From contig JACKGE010000001.1 in NCBI GenBank assembly GCA_020632155.1, positions 220,011 to 284,010 on the forward strand: a stretch of DNA of 64,000 bases, given 5' to 3'. Both the position numbers and the translations under genes were made by a program. Of the stretch, positions 10,182-18,917 are shown piece by piece. The DNA is from Candidatus Nomurabacteria bacterium (GTDB lineage Bacteria > Patescibacteriota > Minisyncoccia > Phycocordibacterales > UBA918). The notes below the pieces were generated by a model that was not told the DNA's origin, did not search any database, and saw only the letters and a list, made by a program, of their open reading frames with translations. How positions within the stretch are numbered: the stretch's first letter is position 1; the number at the start of each line of letters is the position of its first letter.

Positions 10182-10214
10182 CCTCGTTCATGGGCGCAGC
10201 CAGCTGGCTGCGCC
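10182..10214 (+). terminator. rho-independent terminator
   Basis: GGGCGCAGCCAGCTGGCTGCGCCC hairpin followed by a T tract. Confidence 0.65.
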
Positions 10215-10386
10215 CGCCTTTTTATACTATGTCCAGACCTGATCAAAGTTTCAGGGTAGTTGTTTTGAGTGTAAAATTTTAAGCAGAAGGTCCTTGATAA
10301 AAGATGTACATAAAGGTATAGTGCACGCACTTTTGCTAACGTATCAACGAAAGTCGTACTCTCGTATGGTAATATACTAAGGCATC

Positions 10387-10459
10387 CGCCTGTAGCTCAG
10401 TTGGTAGAGCAGCGGCCTTTTAAGCCGACGGTTCGGAGGTTCGAGCCCTCCCAGGCGGA
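10387..10459 (+). tRNA. tRNA-Lys (anticodon TTT)
   Basis: Cloverleaf folded by hand. Acceptor CCGCCTG/CAGGCGG, D-arm GCTCAGTTGGTAGAGC, anticodon loop CTTTTAA, T-arm GGAGGTTCGAGCCCTCC. No encoded CCA. Confidence 0.8.
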
Positions 10460-10460
10460 C

Positions 10461-11291
10461 ATGAAGTCCTTCAAACAACAATGTATTGAGTTGCGAAAGA
10501 AGGACCATACCCTGAATGAAATAGTACAAATTACTGGTCGAAGTAAAACGACAGTGTACTTTCATATTAGGAACATTCCTCTAAGCAAACAAAAGCGAAA
10601 AAAAATAAGTGAAGCGACCCGATGGCGTGCCCTTCGAGTTGCTGCTGCTCGCAAAGGAAAAGCCTTGCGACCGTTCAAGCCATTTCAAAGCTGGACACCC
10701 GAACTCGTTCTATTAGTTTCCCACCTTATGTTTGACGGGGAAATAACCAAATCAAAGTGTCGTTACCATAATAGAAGTGCGGCCCTGATAAAAAGGGTGG
10801 AGGACTTAATGCAGCTTGTGTACGATTACAAGGGAACAAAAAATACCGATACTACAAGCGGTGTTGTTACCGTAAGTTTCCATAACGTAGAACTTGAAAC
10901 ATTTTTGAAAAGTAAATCAAAAGAACTGCTAAAAAACATTCATGTTTTTTCGAGATCTAAACAGACAGAATTCCTCCGCGCATTTTTTGATGACGAAGGA
11001 TGCATGGACGTACGTTTGAACAAAAGCCTGCGTCGTATTCGTGGTTATCAAAACGACCAAGAGATTCTTAAACTCGTAAAACTGCTCCTAAAAAACTTTG
11101 ATATTGAATCAAAACTCCGTAAACCTAATGAGGTTGTAATTTCTGGTAAGGAAAATCTACGGAAGTTTCAAAAGGAAATAAATTTCTCTAAAGGGGTTAG
11201 ACTAAATCCTAATCGGACGAATAGTATTTGGAAAAAAGATATCGAAAAAAGGGAGCTGTTAGATATTGCTATTAGATCGTACCAGATATAA
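10461..11291 (+). CDS. HTH-containing LAGLIDADG-type homing endonuclease-like protein
   Basis: ATG is immediately 3' of tRNA-Lys (the ORF-track TTG at 10401 would read through the tRNA). N-terminal HTH (LNEIVQITGRSKTTVYFHI). Two LAGLIDADG-like motifs (LVSHLMFDGEI and FLRAFFDDEGCMD). Confidence 0.5.
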   Translation: MKSFKQQCIELRKKDHTLNEIVQITGRSKTTVYFHIRNIPLSKQKRKKISEATRWRALRVAAARKGKALRPFKPFQSWTPELVLLVSHLMFDGEITKSKCRYHNRSAALIKRVEDLMQLVYDYKGTKNTDTTSGVVTVSFHNVELETFLKSKSKELLKNIHVFSRSKQTEFLRAFFDDEGCMDVRLNKSLRRIRGYQNDQEILKLVKLLLKNFDIESKLRKPNEVVISGKENLRKFQKEINFSKGVRLNPNRTNSIWKKDIEKRELLDIAIRSYQI

Positions 11292-11346
11292 CAAGTGTTC
11301 GACTTACGCAGTCGAACATTCGACAACTCAGTTGAGTTAAGAATAG

Positions 11347-11745
11347 TTAGAGCGGTAAATCAAACGCTGGTACTCCTGCACCGGTAACAAAGAGGGTTGT
11401 TGTGGCGCCAAGGAGTAAGAAATAAAACAATTTTTCTGGAATACTGGGATGAGAAAAATAGTTACGAAGCAGCAGTAATTTAATCGACATAGCAATCACT
11501 GCTAGAGCTGCATACTGGGTATGGGCGCCTGCAAGTAGTAGTAGCCCTAGCGACAGCTCACCAAGCGGTAATAGGGTAGCCACCAAGCGACCGTACGGAA
11601 ACCATGAGAGTCGCAGCACATGTTGTAATTCATCACGTACCCGCCAATGCTTGGTGCCAAGATGGAGCAGACAAACGGCGATAGTAACGCGCAATATAAA
11701 ATATGCAAACAAAGCGAGAAATTGAATGGGAAATGGATTCAGCAT
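11347..11745 (-). CDS. small polytopic membrane protein (DoxX-like?)
   Basis: Four hydrophobic helices. No clear motif. Confidence 0.35.
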   Translation of the reverse strand: MLNPFPIQFLALFAYFILRVTIAVCLLHLGTKHWRVRDELQHVLRLSWFPYGRLVATLLPLGELSLGLLLLAGAHTQYAALAVIAMSIKLLLLRNYFSHPSIPEKLFYFLLLGATTTLFVTGAGVPAFDLPL

Positions 11746-11762
11746 TACACAAATGGTAGCAT

Positions 11763-12239
11763 GTGAACGCTATGAAACGAGAGGTGTACGTGTATCTCGA
11801 TAACATCCGCAGTGCTCATAATGTTGGCTCCGTTTTTCGGACTGCTGATGGGGCTGGCGTGTGCAAGGTCATTCTTGGCGGTTATACTCCAGCCCCAATA
11901 GATCGCTTTGGCCGTACGCAGCCTGAGATCAACAAGACCTCACTTGGTGCATGCGAGTACATTCCGTGGCAGTCGCTTGACGATGTTGCTGGGGCAGAAG
12001 AATTGAGATGCCTTCAAAACAAAGGTTTTTCAGTCGTCGCGGTTGAGCAATCTGCTAGCGCTATATCACTTCATGAACTTGTCGTACCCAACAAAGTGGT
12101 CTATATATTTGGCAATGAGACCGATGGTGTCTCCAACGGATTGCTTGATCTGTCTGACACTGTTGTTGAGATACCGATGCATGGCCAAAAAGAATCACTT
12201 AATGTTGCAGTGACGGCTGGTGTGATATTATTTCATTAA
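11763..12239 (+). CDS. SpoU/TrmH-family RNA 2'-O-methyltransferase
   Basis: SPOUT motifs: N-terminal ...NVGSVFRTADGAG, then FGNETDGVS and a C-terminal knot region. Confidence 0.8.
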   Translation: MNAMKREVYVYLDNIRSAHNVGSVFRTADGAGVCKVILGGYTPAPIDRFGRTQPEINKTSLGACEYIPWQSLDDVAGAEELRCLQNKGFSVVAVEQSASAISLHELVVPNKVVYIFGNETDGVSNGLLDLSDTVVEIPMHGQKESLNVAVTAGVILFH

Positions 12240-12518
12240 TTGAAAAATATGGAATACGTTATAGAAGATTCAAAAGAAGGCTACTTTGATGTATACCAGC
12301 ACCAAAACGGCAAGAAGTACATTGTTTTAGAAGGCCTTGATCCAAGGCAAGTACACGAACAGGGGAAAATAGAGCAGTTCACTCGAGCTCATTACAACGA
12401 ATTTGCATCAGCCTACTGGTTATTGCTCTTCATGACGATGATGTACCTCCTTTGTACATACATTATTTCACCTCTTTGGTATCGAGTGCAGAGTCCCCAT
12501 CACGTTTCAGGGCAATGA
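12240..12518 (+). CDS. small hypothetical protein with C-terminal hydrophobic helix
   Basis: ORF only. Overlaps the 3' end of the convergent 12463-14193 gene by about 55 nt. Confidence 0.25.
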   Translation: MKNMEYVIEDSKEGYFDVYQHQNGKKYIVLEGLDPRQVHEQGKIEQFTRAHYNEFASAYWLLLFMTMMYLLCTYIISPLWYRVQSPHHVSGQ

Positions 12519-14193
12519 TCTCATTGGCATAGGTTGGAAGAAAATAGGTATCGGTTGTTTTATTGTACACAACGGTATTGGTGATGCGTTCCACAGCTTG
12601 GAAATATCCTAGGTGAGTGCCGGTGCGTGGTTCAAGTTCGTGCAAACGAGCGGCATTGGTTCCAACGTACAAACGGCCATTGATAACAGTCGGACTCGAA
12701 AAGATACGTGTTCCATCAACGAGTACATCAAATAGTAGAGACAAAGAGTCGAGATTGATAGCTCGAACGCGTTTGTCAGCAGCAGTAAAGTAAACAGTAT
12801 CTTGGTATATGTATGGGGTAGAGAATATGCCGAATTCACATTTATGGTGATGAACTAAATGTCCCGTTTTGCGATCCAAAATGTACAAAAATCCATCTAT
12901 TGCGCCAAATATTATGTAGTCGTGTTTTTGAGAGTATGTGAAACTTTCTTTTATGTCCCCATTACTGTAACCAATATGACCTGTCTCAGGTACGAAGTCA
13001 GCGGCACCGAAAGTAGTAAATTTCCAAAGCACATAACCGGTACGGGCATCATGAAGCCTCACCACTCCATCGTTGGAACCAATGACCACTTGCTTGTGCT
13101 CAGCAATATAGTGGGGAGAGCAATGAGTCATAGCCATGTGAGTACGGTCAATCCATTTAGGCTCGCCACTCGCTACATCAAGAGCAATAATGCCACCACG
13201 TTTATTTATCAACCCAAACTCAAGTCCAATAAAAACTAACCCAAGCTCTTGCGACACAGCAGGGGATGATCCTACCCAGTCAGCTTCAAAGCATATCCAC
13301 TTGACCGCTCCAGTATGTTTATCCAGACAGTACACATTTCCATCGTAGCTGCCAAATATGACCGTATTTTTATATAGTGCTGGGTTAGAGAAAATCGCTT
13401 TCTTTCTTTGTACACTCCCGACTTGATATTTCCAGGCTACCGAACCATCCGCTTGATTAATGGCCCAAAATGTCCGATTGTCCGAACCGAAGTATATCTT
13501 ACTGTCGTCAATCACTGGTTGTGATTTGTTAACTACCCATTCCAAACTTGGTTTTTCACTGCGGAATCCCCATAGGGTACTGAAAGGCATGGCGATAGAT
13601 TCAGGTACTGTTTTGAGGCGCGTTTGGGCTTCGTCGCCAAGACTGTCAGCAAACTCATCGAGCGTAAATAATGACCGCACTTTTATTCCTCTCTGGTAAA
13701 AGCGCTTGTAGTAGGACTCATCTTGGTATCTGAGTATTGCCCAAACGGTATCGACAGTGTACCCATAATACTCTAGTACTTCTATTTGTCGCCAAAAGGT
13801 ATTGCCAGAGTTTATAACATCGTCAACAAGAATGATCTTTTTGTGTTCCTCAAGGGAGCCTTCTATCATTCGGGTCATTCCAGTCTTTTTTCTAGACTTT
13901 CGTATAAAGACAGCGTTACTGTCGGCGTGTCCTTGGGCGTAAAACTTGTTCATTAAAGATGTGGCGAGAGGTACGCCAGCTATCTCCTGTGCACAAATTT
14001 GAAACGGGTACTCAGTGTGAAACTGTTCATAAAATATGCTAGCGATGATATCAGCAGCTTTGCCGTTCATTAAGATCTCTCGAAAATTGAATGTCCATGC
14101 ACTGGGATCAGTTTGCATGGCTAATTGACCGTTCGTGTTTTTGAATATCACGTGATCTTTAATGATATTTCTTAGTGTTTCCAAGTCACTCAT
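12463..14193 (-). CDS. phosphoribosyltransferase domain fused to PQQ-like beta-propeller repeats
   Basis: N-terminal type I PRTase PRPP loop (KIILVDDVINSGNTF). C-terminal repeated YxGSxDGxxYxxDxxTGxxxW blades. Confidence 0.55.
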   Translation of the reverse strand: MSDLETLRNIIKDHVIFKNTNGQLAMQTDPSAWTFNFREILMNGKAADIIASIFYEQFHTEYPFQICAQEIAGVPLATSLMNKFYAQGHADSNAVFIRKSRKKTGMTRMIEGSLEEHKKIILVDDVINSGNTFWRQIEVLEYYGYTVDTVWAILRYQDESYYKRFYQRGIKVRSLFTLDEFADSLGDEAQTRLKTVPESIAMPFSTLWGFRSEKPSLEWVVNKSQPVIDDSKIYFGSDNRTFWAINQADGSVAWKYQVGSVQRKKAIFSNPALYKNTVIFGSYDGNVYCLDKHTGAVKWICFEADWVGSSPAVSQELGLVFIGLEFGLINKRGGIIALDVASGEPKWIDRTHMAMTHCSPHYIAEHKQVVIGSNDGVVRLHDARTGYVLWKFTTFGAADFVPETGHIGYSNGDIKESFTYSQKHDYIIFGAIDGFLYILDRKTGHLVHHHKCEFGIFSTPYIYQDTVYFTAADKRVRAINLDSLSLLFDVLVDGTRIFSSPTVINGRLYVGTNAARLHELEPRTGTHLGYFQAVERITNTVVYNKTTDTYFLPTYANEIIALKRDGDSALDTKEVK

Positions 14194-14325
14194 AGTCGGT
14201 AGTATATATGCTTTAGTATTCTTGGTAAAATTAGTCTAACTATTCGCACAAAATGCACAGGCATTTCTTTACACCTCGGGTGTTTTTTTGGTGTAGCTCG
14301 CGTGATAATATGTCAGTAAATCAGT

Positions 14326-15621
14326 ATGGTTGCTCTTAAAAAGTTATTGTTAGCCACGGGTCTTCTTTTGTTCGTGTTTATTCTTGCTGTAGTAGCTTGG
14401 TATTACTATTACTCGGTTCAAAAGTCACCCCCTACCTCCATTAACAATAAACTGTATTACTCTAAGGTAGCGGAAGACATATTTGTCGCTGTGGAGAGTT
14501 TTAGAAACGATGGTGCTACTGATGAAGAATTCTTGCGTTTCACCGAAGAGCAAGTAAGACAGTTAGATATGGACACACTGTATCCAATAGATCGCGCTTG
14601 GATGGAGCTCTTACTGGCTAGAGCTAAAGAAAAGATAGACCGCGATGCTGCTCTCCTAGGCTATGCAAAAGTTTATAACAAACCCGAATATGAACAGTTG
14701 TGGACTGTTAGGGGCAGTGCTTTAGCCTCAGCCATGTTGTACGCAACTGAAGTTGGCTCACCCCGCTTGAGCTTAGCGGAAGCCAAAGAATTAATCTTTA
14801 AACCGGATTTGTTTGGTCGTGCAGTAGGGATTGACTCAATAGACGAACTGAATCAAATAGAGACTGAGGAGGAACTTAGGTTATTGGTAGGCATTGGATT
14901 AGAAAAAGCAAGCCCTAACATTTTGTCTAAAGCTCGTGAGATGAGACTCGAAGTGGAGAGCCTCTTGCTTCAGTCTGGGACTATTTTAGAAAGATTGTAT
15001 AATAGTAATGATTCTGTCGAATTTACCTCAACTGAGGCCACGTCTCATCTCAACGAACACTTAGAACTTCATGCACAATACGATAGTATCAAGGAGCGAG
15101 CTGACGCACTAAATGCCGCAATACCAATTGTTATTTCCGACCGAAGCATATACTCATCTGAGGTACTTTACACACTAAACTATTTACAGCGTCTCTACAC
15201 CCAGCTGTTGTTTGTCGGATATGATGTGATGCCGTCCATACTTAACATGCATGAGTACTTGTCCGTTTACATCAATTTACATGGTAATGAACATGAGTTT
15301 GCTTTAGAAAGAACAAATATTATTCGAGCCAGCTCGGACTATCGCTTAGTGTGTGCGTTGATACTAGTGAACCAACAAGAAGGTGGAGATACGAACAAAC
15401 TTTCGGCTGAGAATGTTCTATTGAAGAGCCTTTACGATCTTTCGGAAGATGAACTCAGAGCTAACGGCTCGTTGCTTATTGACGCCGCCAAGAGGCCATA
15501 TTATCCTTGTCACCAAGCCTTTTTGACTCTTGGCAGAGAAAACCAAAGATTTGCTGATTTTTTAGTAAAGAATGTCGGAGGTTGGTCGTATGAACAATTT
15601 ACTTCGCCTAAAACCAATTAA
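14326..15621 (+). CDS. TOMM-cluster partner protein A1 (N-terminal TM anchor; paralog of 16068-17384)
   Basis: One N-terminal TM helix. Conserved blocks shared with its paralog: SALASAMLYATEVGSP, ILYTLNYLQRLYTQ, DAAKRPY.PC. The stop lies 10 nt before the precursor peptide. Confidence 0.6.
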   Translation: MVALKKLLLATGLLLFVFILAVVAWYYYYSVQKSPPTSINNKLYYSKVAEDIFVAVESFRNDGATDEEFLRFTEEQVRQLDMDTLYPIDRAWMELLLARAKEKIDRDAALLGYAKVYNKPEYEQLWTVRGSALASAMLYATEVGSPRLSLAEAKELIFKPDLFGRAVGIDSIDELNQIETEEELRLLVGIGLEKASPNILSKAREMRLEVESLLLQSGTILERLYNSNDSVEFTSTEATSHLNEHLELHAQYDSIKERADALNAAIPIVISDRSIYSSEVLYTLNYLQRLYTQLLFVGYDVMPSILNMHEYLSVYINLHGNEHEFALERTNIIRASSDYRLVCALILVNQQEGGDTNKLSAENVLLKSLYDLSEDELRANGSLLIDAAKRPYYPCHQAFLTLGRENQRFADFLVKNVGGWSYEQFTSPKTN

Positions 15622-15631
15622 TGCCTAGATT

Positions 15632-15955
15632 ATGATAAAAAGAAAGACCAAAAAATTTTTATATATACTTAGTGCACTAGTTAGCGTAGTGTTTGGTTAT
15701 ACCATCGGCAAAGATCATGCCGATTATACAAACTTCACGGCCGGCGACGTTTTTTTCAAGGAAGCCCAGGCTGATGTCCCACCACCTCCTTCGTGTGGAG
15801 GGGACACATATAGCTGTGGCGGCGGTGATGATGATGGTGGCTGCGGTGGCTGCGGCTGTGGTTGCGGCGGCGGTGATGATCATGGGGGCTGTGCTTGTAG
15901 TTGTGGTGCACCAGACTGTGGTCAGTGTGGGTCACCAGGCGATGAGCTTTATTAG
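15632..15955 (+). CDS. RiPP precursor peptide 1 (microcin B17-like Gly/Cys-rich core)
   Basis: 107 aa. N-terminal K-rich segment plus hydrophobic leader, then conserved GKDHADYTNFT, then a core rich in G/C/D/S (11 Cys, runs such as CGGCGCGCGGG) ending in GDELY. Confidence 0.6.
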   Translation: MIKRKTKKFLYILSALVSVVFGYTIGKDHADYTNFTAGDVFFKEAQADVPPPPSCGGDTYSCGGGDDDGGCGGCGCGCGGGDDHGGCACSCGAPDCGQCGSPGDELY

Positions 15956-16067
15956 TTCAGTCTCCCTAAACACTCGAAGTGAGATTTACACATGTTGTTC
16001 CGTAGTCCCGATGATTACTATCATTGTTGTGACTAAGTGTACGTGTTAGCATGTCTATGGTCTGATT

Positions 16068-17384
16068 ATGCGCAAGGTTAATAACTTTTTACGTCTCCTC
16101 CTACTCGTCCTTGCTTTATTGATGGTAGTGGTGATTGTGGGTATCGGGTTACTCTTTTTAAAAACACAATCAAACCCTCCGTCAGTTAATAACAAAGAAT
16201 TATATCTCAGTGATACAATCGCCACACTCCTTCAGTCTGCTCAAGAAAAACAAAATGAAGGCGTACCACCTGAAGACATCTTAGCCACTGTCGAGGCTCA
16301 CCTTGCTGAAATTGATGTTCAAGCATTAGCGCCAGTGGATCAGGCTTGGATTGCTCTAGAATGGGCTAGAGTTCACGAACCGATTGATAGAGATATGGCG
16401 CTACTTGAATATGCACGAATATACAATGAACCATCATACGAGTCGTTCATGCCGGTTCGTAATAGTGCTCTGGCTTCAGCCATGTTGTACGCAACCGAAG
16501 TAGGTTCACCGAAGTTATCTTTTATAGATGCCAAACGATTTATCTTCGCACCCGATCTATTTGGCCATGTAGTTGGCATTGATACACAACAAGCCCTCGA
16601 CGCTTTAAAGAGTGATGAAGACCTGCGATTGTTAGCTAGTATCGGGCTGAATCTTTCCAGTGGAGGTATGTTATCGTCCGCCCGTGAGTATCGATTGCAA
16701 GTTGAAAGCTTATTGTTGAAGTCAGAGCATTTGTTGTATCAACTGTACGAAAAAGATACGTCGATTGATTTCATTCCGATTGTTGCACAGCAAAGGTTAG
16801 GCCAAGACTCCTCAATACAAAAACAATTCGAAGAAATCTTTGCTCAAGCAAATAGTATTTTGACGGATCTTCCAGCAAATATCGCACGTCGTAACGCATA
16901 TGTTTCAGACATTCTATATACTCTCAACTATTTACAGCGCCTGTACACGCAGTTTGTTTTTATAGGATATGATGCCCTCCCGCCACTTGATACCTCTAGA
17001 CAGCTACTCAATTCGTACGTAATTACTCATCAGGACGACCATTCCTTTGCTGCACAGCGATCAAATGTCATCTTGGCTAGTTCAAATTATCGCTATGCTT
17101 GTGCATTGGTGATTCGAGACGAATTGGACGGTCAAGAACAATCTGTAGACAGCCGGATCATACGTTCGTTACTCGACGACATACGACAACTTTCAGAAAC
17201 AGACATTGAGGCAGGCAAATCACTTTTAGCTGACGCTGCTAAGAGACCATATTTGCCTTGTTCATACGCCTCAGTGGTAATCGGGACCGTTTATGACCCC
17301 TCCTTTGCTGATTTTCTGGTCGATGAAGTAGGGACATGGAGTCGTGATCAGTTTATGACCCCTAACGATGGTGCTAGTATATAA
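16068..17384 (+). CDS. TOMM-cluster partner protein A2 (paralog of 14326-15621)
   Basis: Same architecture and the same conserved blocks as A1, at about 45-50% identity by eye. Translationally coupled to peptide 2. Confidence 0.6.
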   Translation: MRKVNNFLRLLLLVLALLMVVVIVGIGLLFLKTQSNPPSVNNKELYLSDTIATLLQSAQEKQNEGVPPEDILATVEAHLAEIDVQALAPVDQAWIALEWARVHEPIDRDMALLEYARIYNEPSYESFMPVRNSALASAMLYATEVGSPKLSFIDAKRFIFAPDLFGHVVGIDTQQALDALKSDEDLRLLASIGLNLSSGGMLSSAREYRLQVESLLLKSEHLLYQLYEKDTSIDFIPIVAQQRLGQDSSIQKQFEEIFAQANSILTDLPANIARRNAYVSDILYTLNYLQRLYTQFVFIGYDALPPLDTSRQLLNSYVITHQDDHSFAAQRSNVILASSNYRYACALVIRDELDGQEQSVDSRIIRSLLDDIRQLSETDIEAGKSLLADAAKRPYLPCSYASVVIGTVYDPSFADFLVDEVGTWSRDQFMTPNDGASI

Positions 17385-17391
17385 TTAAAGT

Positions 17392-17670
17392 ATGTTGCAA
17401 AGAAAAACAAAACAAGCCATGTATCTTGTGGGTGCCCTTGTGGGGATCGTGTTTGGATACGTGGTAGGTAAAGATCATGCAAATTACGCCAGCTTTACTC
17501 CAGAAGACCTCTTTTCGAGTGAGGCGAGTGCAGACACACCAAGTTGTGGTGGTGGAGATGCCAGTTGCACACCAGGTGATGACGATAGTTGTGCTGGTGG
17601 CGGTTGTAGTTGTGGTGACGCATGTGGCGGTTGTAGTTGTGGTGGAGGACAGGGTGACGAGCTCTACTAA
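17392..17670 (+). CDS. RiPP precursor peptide 2 (Gly/Cys-rich core)
   Basis: 92 aa. Leader homologous to peptide 1 (GYVVGKDHANYASFT). Core SCGGGDASCTPGDDDSCAGGGCSCGDACGGCSCGGGQGDELY, 8 Cys. Confidence 0.6.
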   Translation: MLQRKTKQAMYLVGALVGIVFGYVVGKDHANYASFTPEDLFSSEASADTPSCGGGDASCTPGDDDSCAGGGCSCGDACGGCSCGGGQGDELY

Positions 17671-17690
17671 TAACTCGTTCCAACCGAGGT

Positions 17691-18917
17691 ATGTTTTTTA
17701 AGGAAGAGTTTAGGTTAAGTTTTATTCTGCAAGTGGCCTTGGCAGCCCTAGTTTTTTGTTATTTCATGGTCTTTGCTGATTGGGTGTCTCGATCAGCCAT
17801 AACACTTGATTCGGTCATTAATCATGCAGCACTGTGCCCAACTTATTTCCAGTCGTGTGAAAGTCTATACTTTTTGCGTGCACTCCCTGATGGATATTCC
17901 CAGAGCATGTGGTACATGCTCTTGTTTGGGAGTCTTATAGTAAGCGCTTACTTTCTCATCTGCCGCCGGTGGAGTGAAGCCCAGTGGATACTTTTGCCCG
18001 CATATGTGTGGCATACGCTAAATGTATTTGTACTTACGTATTACGGTAGTGGAAATTATGAATACTACGTCTTTGTTTTCGGCACGATTCTATTCTTTTT
18101 TCCACATAAAGAATTCTTTTTAAAGCTGACCCTAGTTCTGTTCTACGTCATGTCTACTGCCGCTAAAATCCATCCAGCATGGATAGCAGGAGGATACTTC
18201 ACGAACATGAGCTTAGGCCTCCCTGTCTTTCCTGAGTGGTCAATACCACTATTTACTAATCTTGTTATTGTGATGGAAATGGTCGGGGCATGGTTTTTGC
18301 TTTCAAAACATCCCCTCGTGCAGCGCACGGTCCTTTTATTTTTTGTAATCTTTCACCTCTATTCCGGTGTGTTGGTTGAATACCGCTATCCTGCTACGGT
18401 GTTGCCCATGCTTCTTATTGCCTTTGGTCCATGGTACCGTTATCAAAAGCCGCCATTAGATAAGAAGTCTGTCATTGGTTGGACGTTCATCGGCTTACTG
18501 TGTATTTTGCAACTTACTCCAAAAATGGTTGTGGGTGACGAAAAACTCACTCTTGAGGCGAACAAGTACGGCCTCTATATGTTCGAGTCCAATCATCAGT
18601 GCATCGTATCGGCTGAGTATATCTACACCGACGGACACGTAGACACATATATGGAAGTACATAACAATCCTCGCTTCCGCTGTGACCCATACATGTTTTG
18701 GTATCGATTCAACCATGTGTGTGAACAGGACCCCCGTCTTTCTCGCATCGCTTGGACCTTTGACCACTCCATTAATGGCGACCCCTTCTTACGTATTGTT
18801 GACACTGATAACGCCTGCGACCTAGAATACAAACCTTTCTCCCATAATGAATGGATCAAGACGTATACTGACAACCCTGAAGTGATCGGTTGGCCGGCAC
18901 AAAATGATTATCACTAG
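17691..18917 (+). CDS. HTTM-domain (vitamin K-dependent gamma-carboxylase-like) multi-pass membrane protein
   Basis: About 9 TM helices in the first 280 aa plus a soluble C-terminal domain. The segment LRALPDGYSQSMWYMLLFGSL resembles the VKGC/HTTM block [24 protein letters not shown]. Confidence 0.45.
   Translation: MFFKEEFRLSFILQVALAALVFCYFMVFADWVSRSAITLDSVINHAALCPTYFQSCESLYFLRALPDGYSQSMWYMLLFGSLIVSAYFLICRRWSEAQWILLPAYVWHTLNVFVLTYYGSGNYEYYVFVFGTILFFFPHKEFFLKLTLVLFYVMSTAAKIHPAWIAGGYFTNMSLGLPVFPEWSIPLFTNLVIVMEMVGAWFLLSKHPLVQRTVLLFFVIFHLYSGVLVEYRYPATVLPMLLIAFGPWYRYQKPPLDKKSVIGWTFIGLLCILQLTPKMVVGDEKLTLEANKYGLYMFESNHQCIVSAEYIYTDGHVDTYMEVHNNPRFRCDPYMFWYRFNHVCEQDPRLSRIAWTFDHSINGDPFLRIVDTDNACDLEYKPFSHNEWIKTYTDNPEVIGWPAQNDYH

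Noticed and set aside
10377-10565. Minus-strand ORF, and the plus-strand ORF-track start at 10401, both overlapping tRNA-Lys
   Set aside because: The sequence folds as a canonical tRNA. The plus-strand CDS more plausibly starts at the ATG at 10461, directly after the tRNA.
15780-15950. Short tandem GGC/TGT repeats considered as CRISPR or a microsatellite
   Set aside because: The repeats are irregular, sit in-frame within a CDS, and lack spacers. No cas genes are present.
15677-16049. Alternative-frame ORFs (15677-15883 minus, 15693-16049 plus; likewise 17477-17701 and 17495-17683) across the Gly/Cys-rich peptide cores
   Set aside because: They are artefacts of GGC/TGT-rich low-complexity DNA. 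The peptide frame is supported by the conserved leader and the GDELY terminus in both paralogs.
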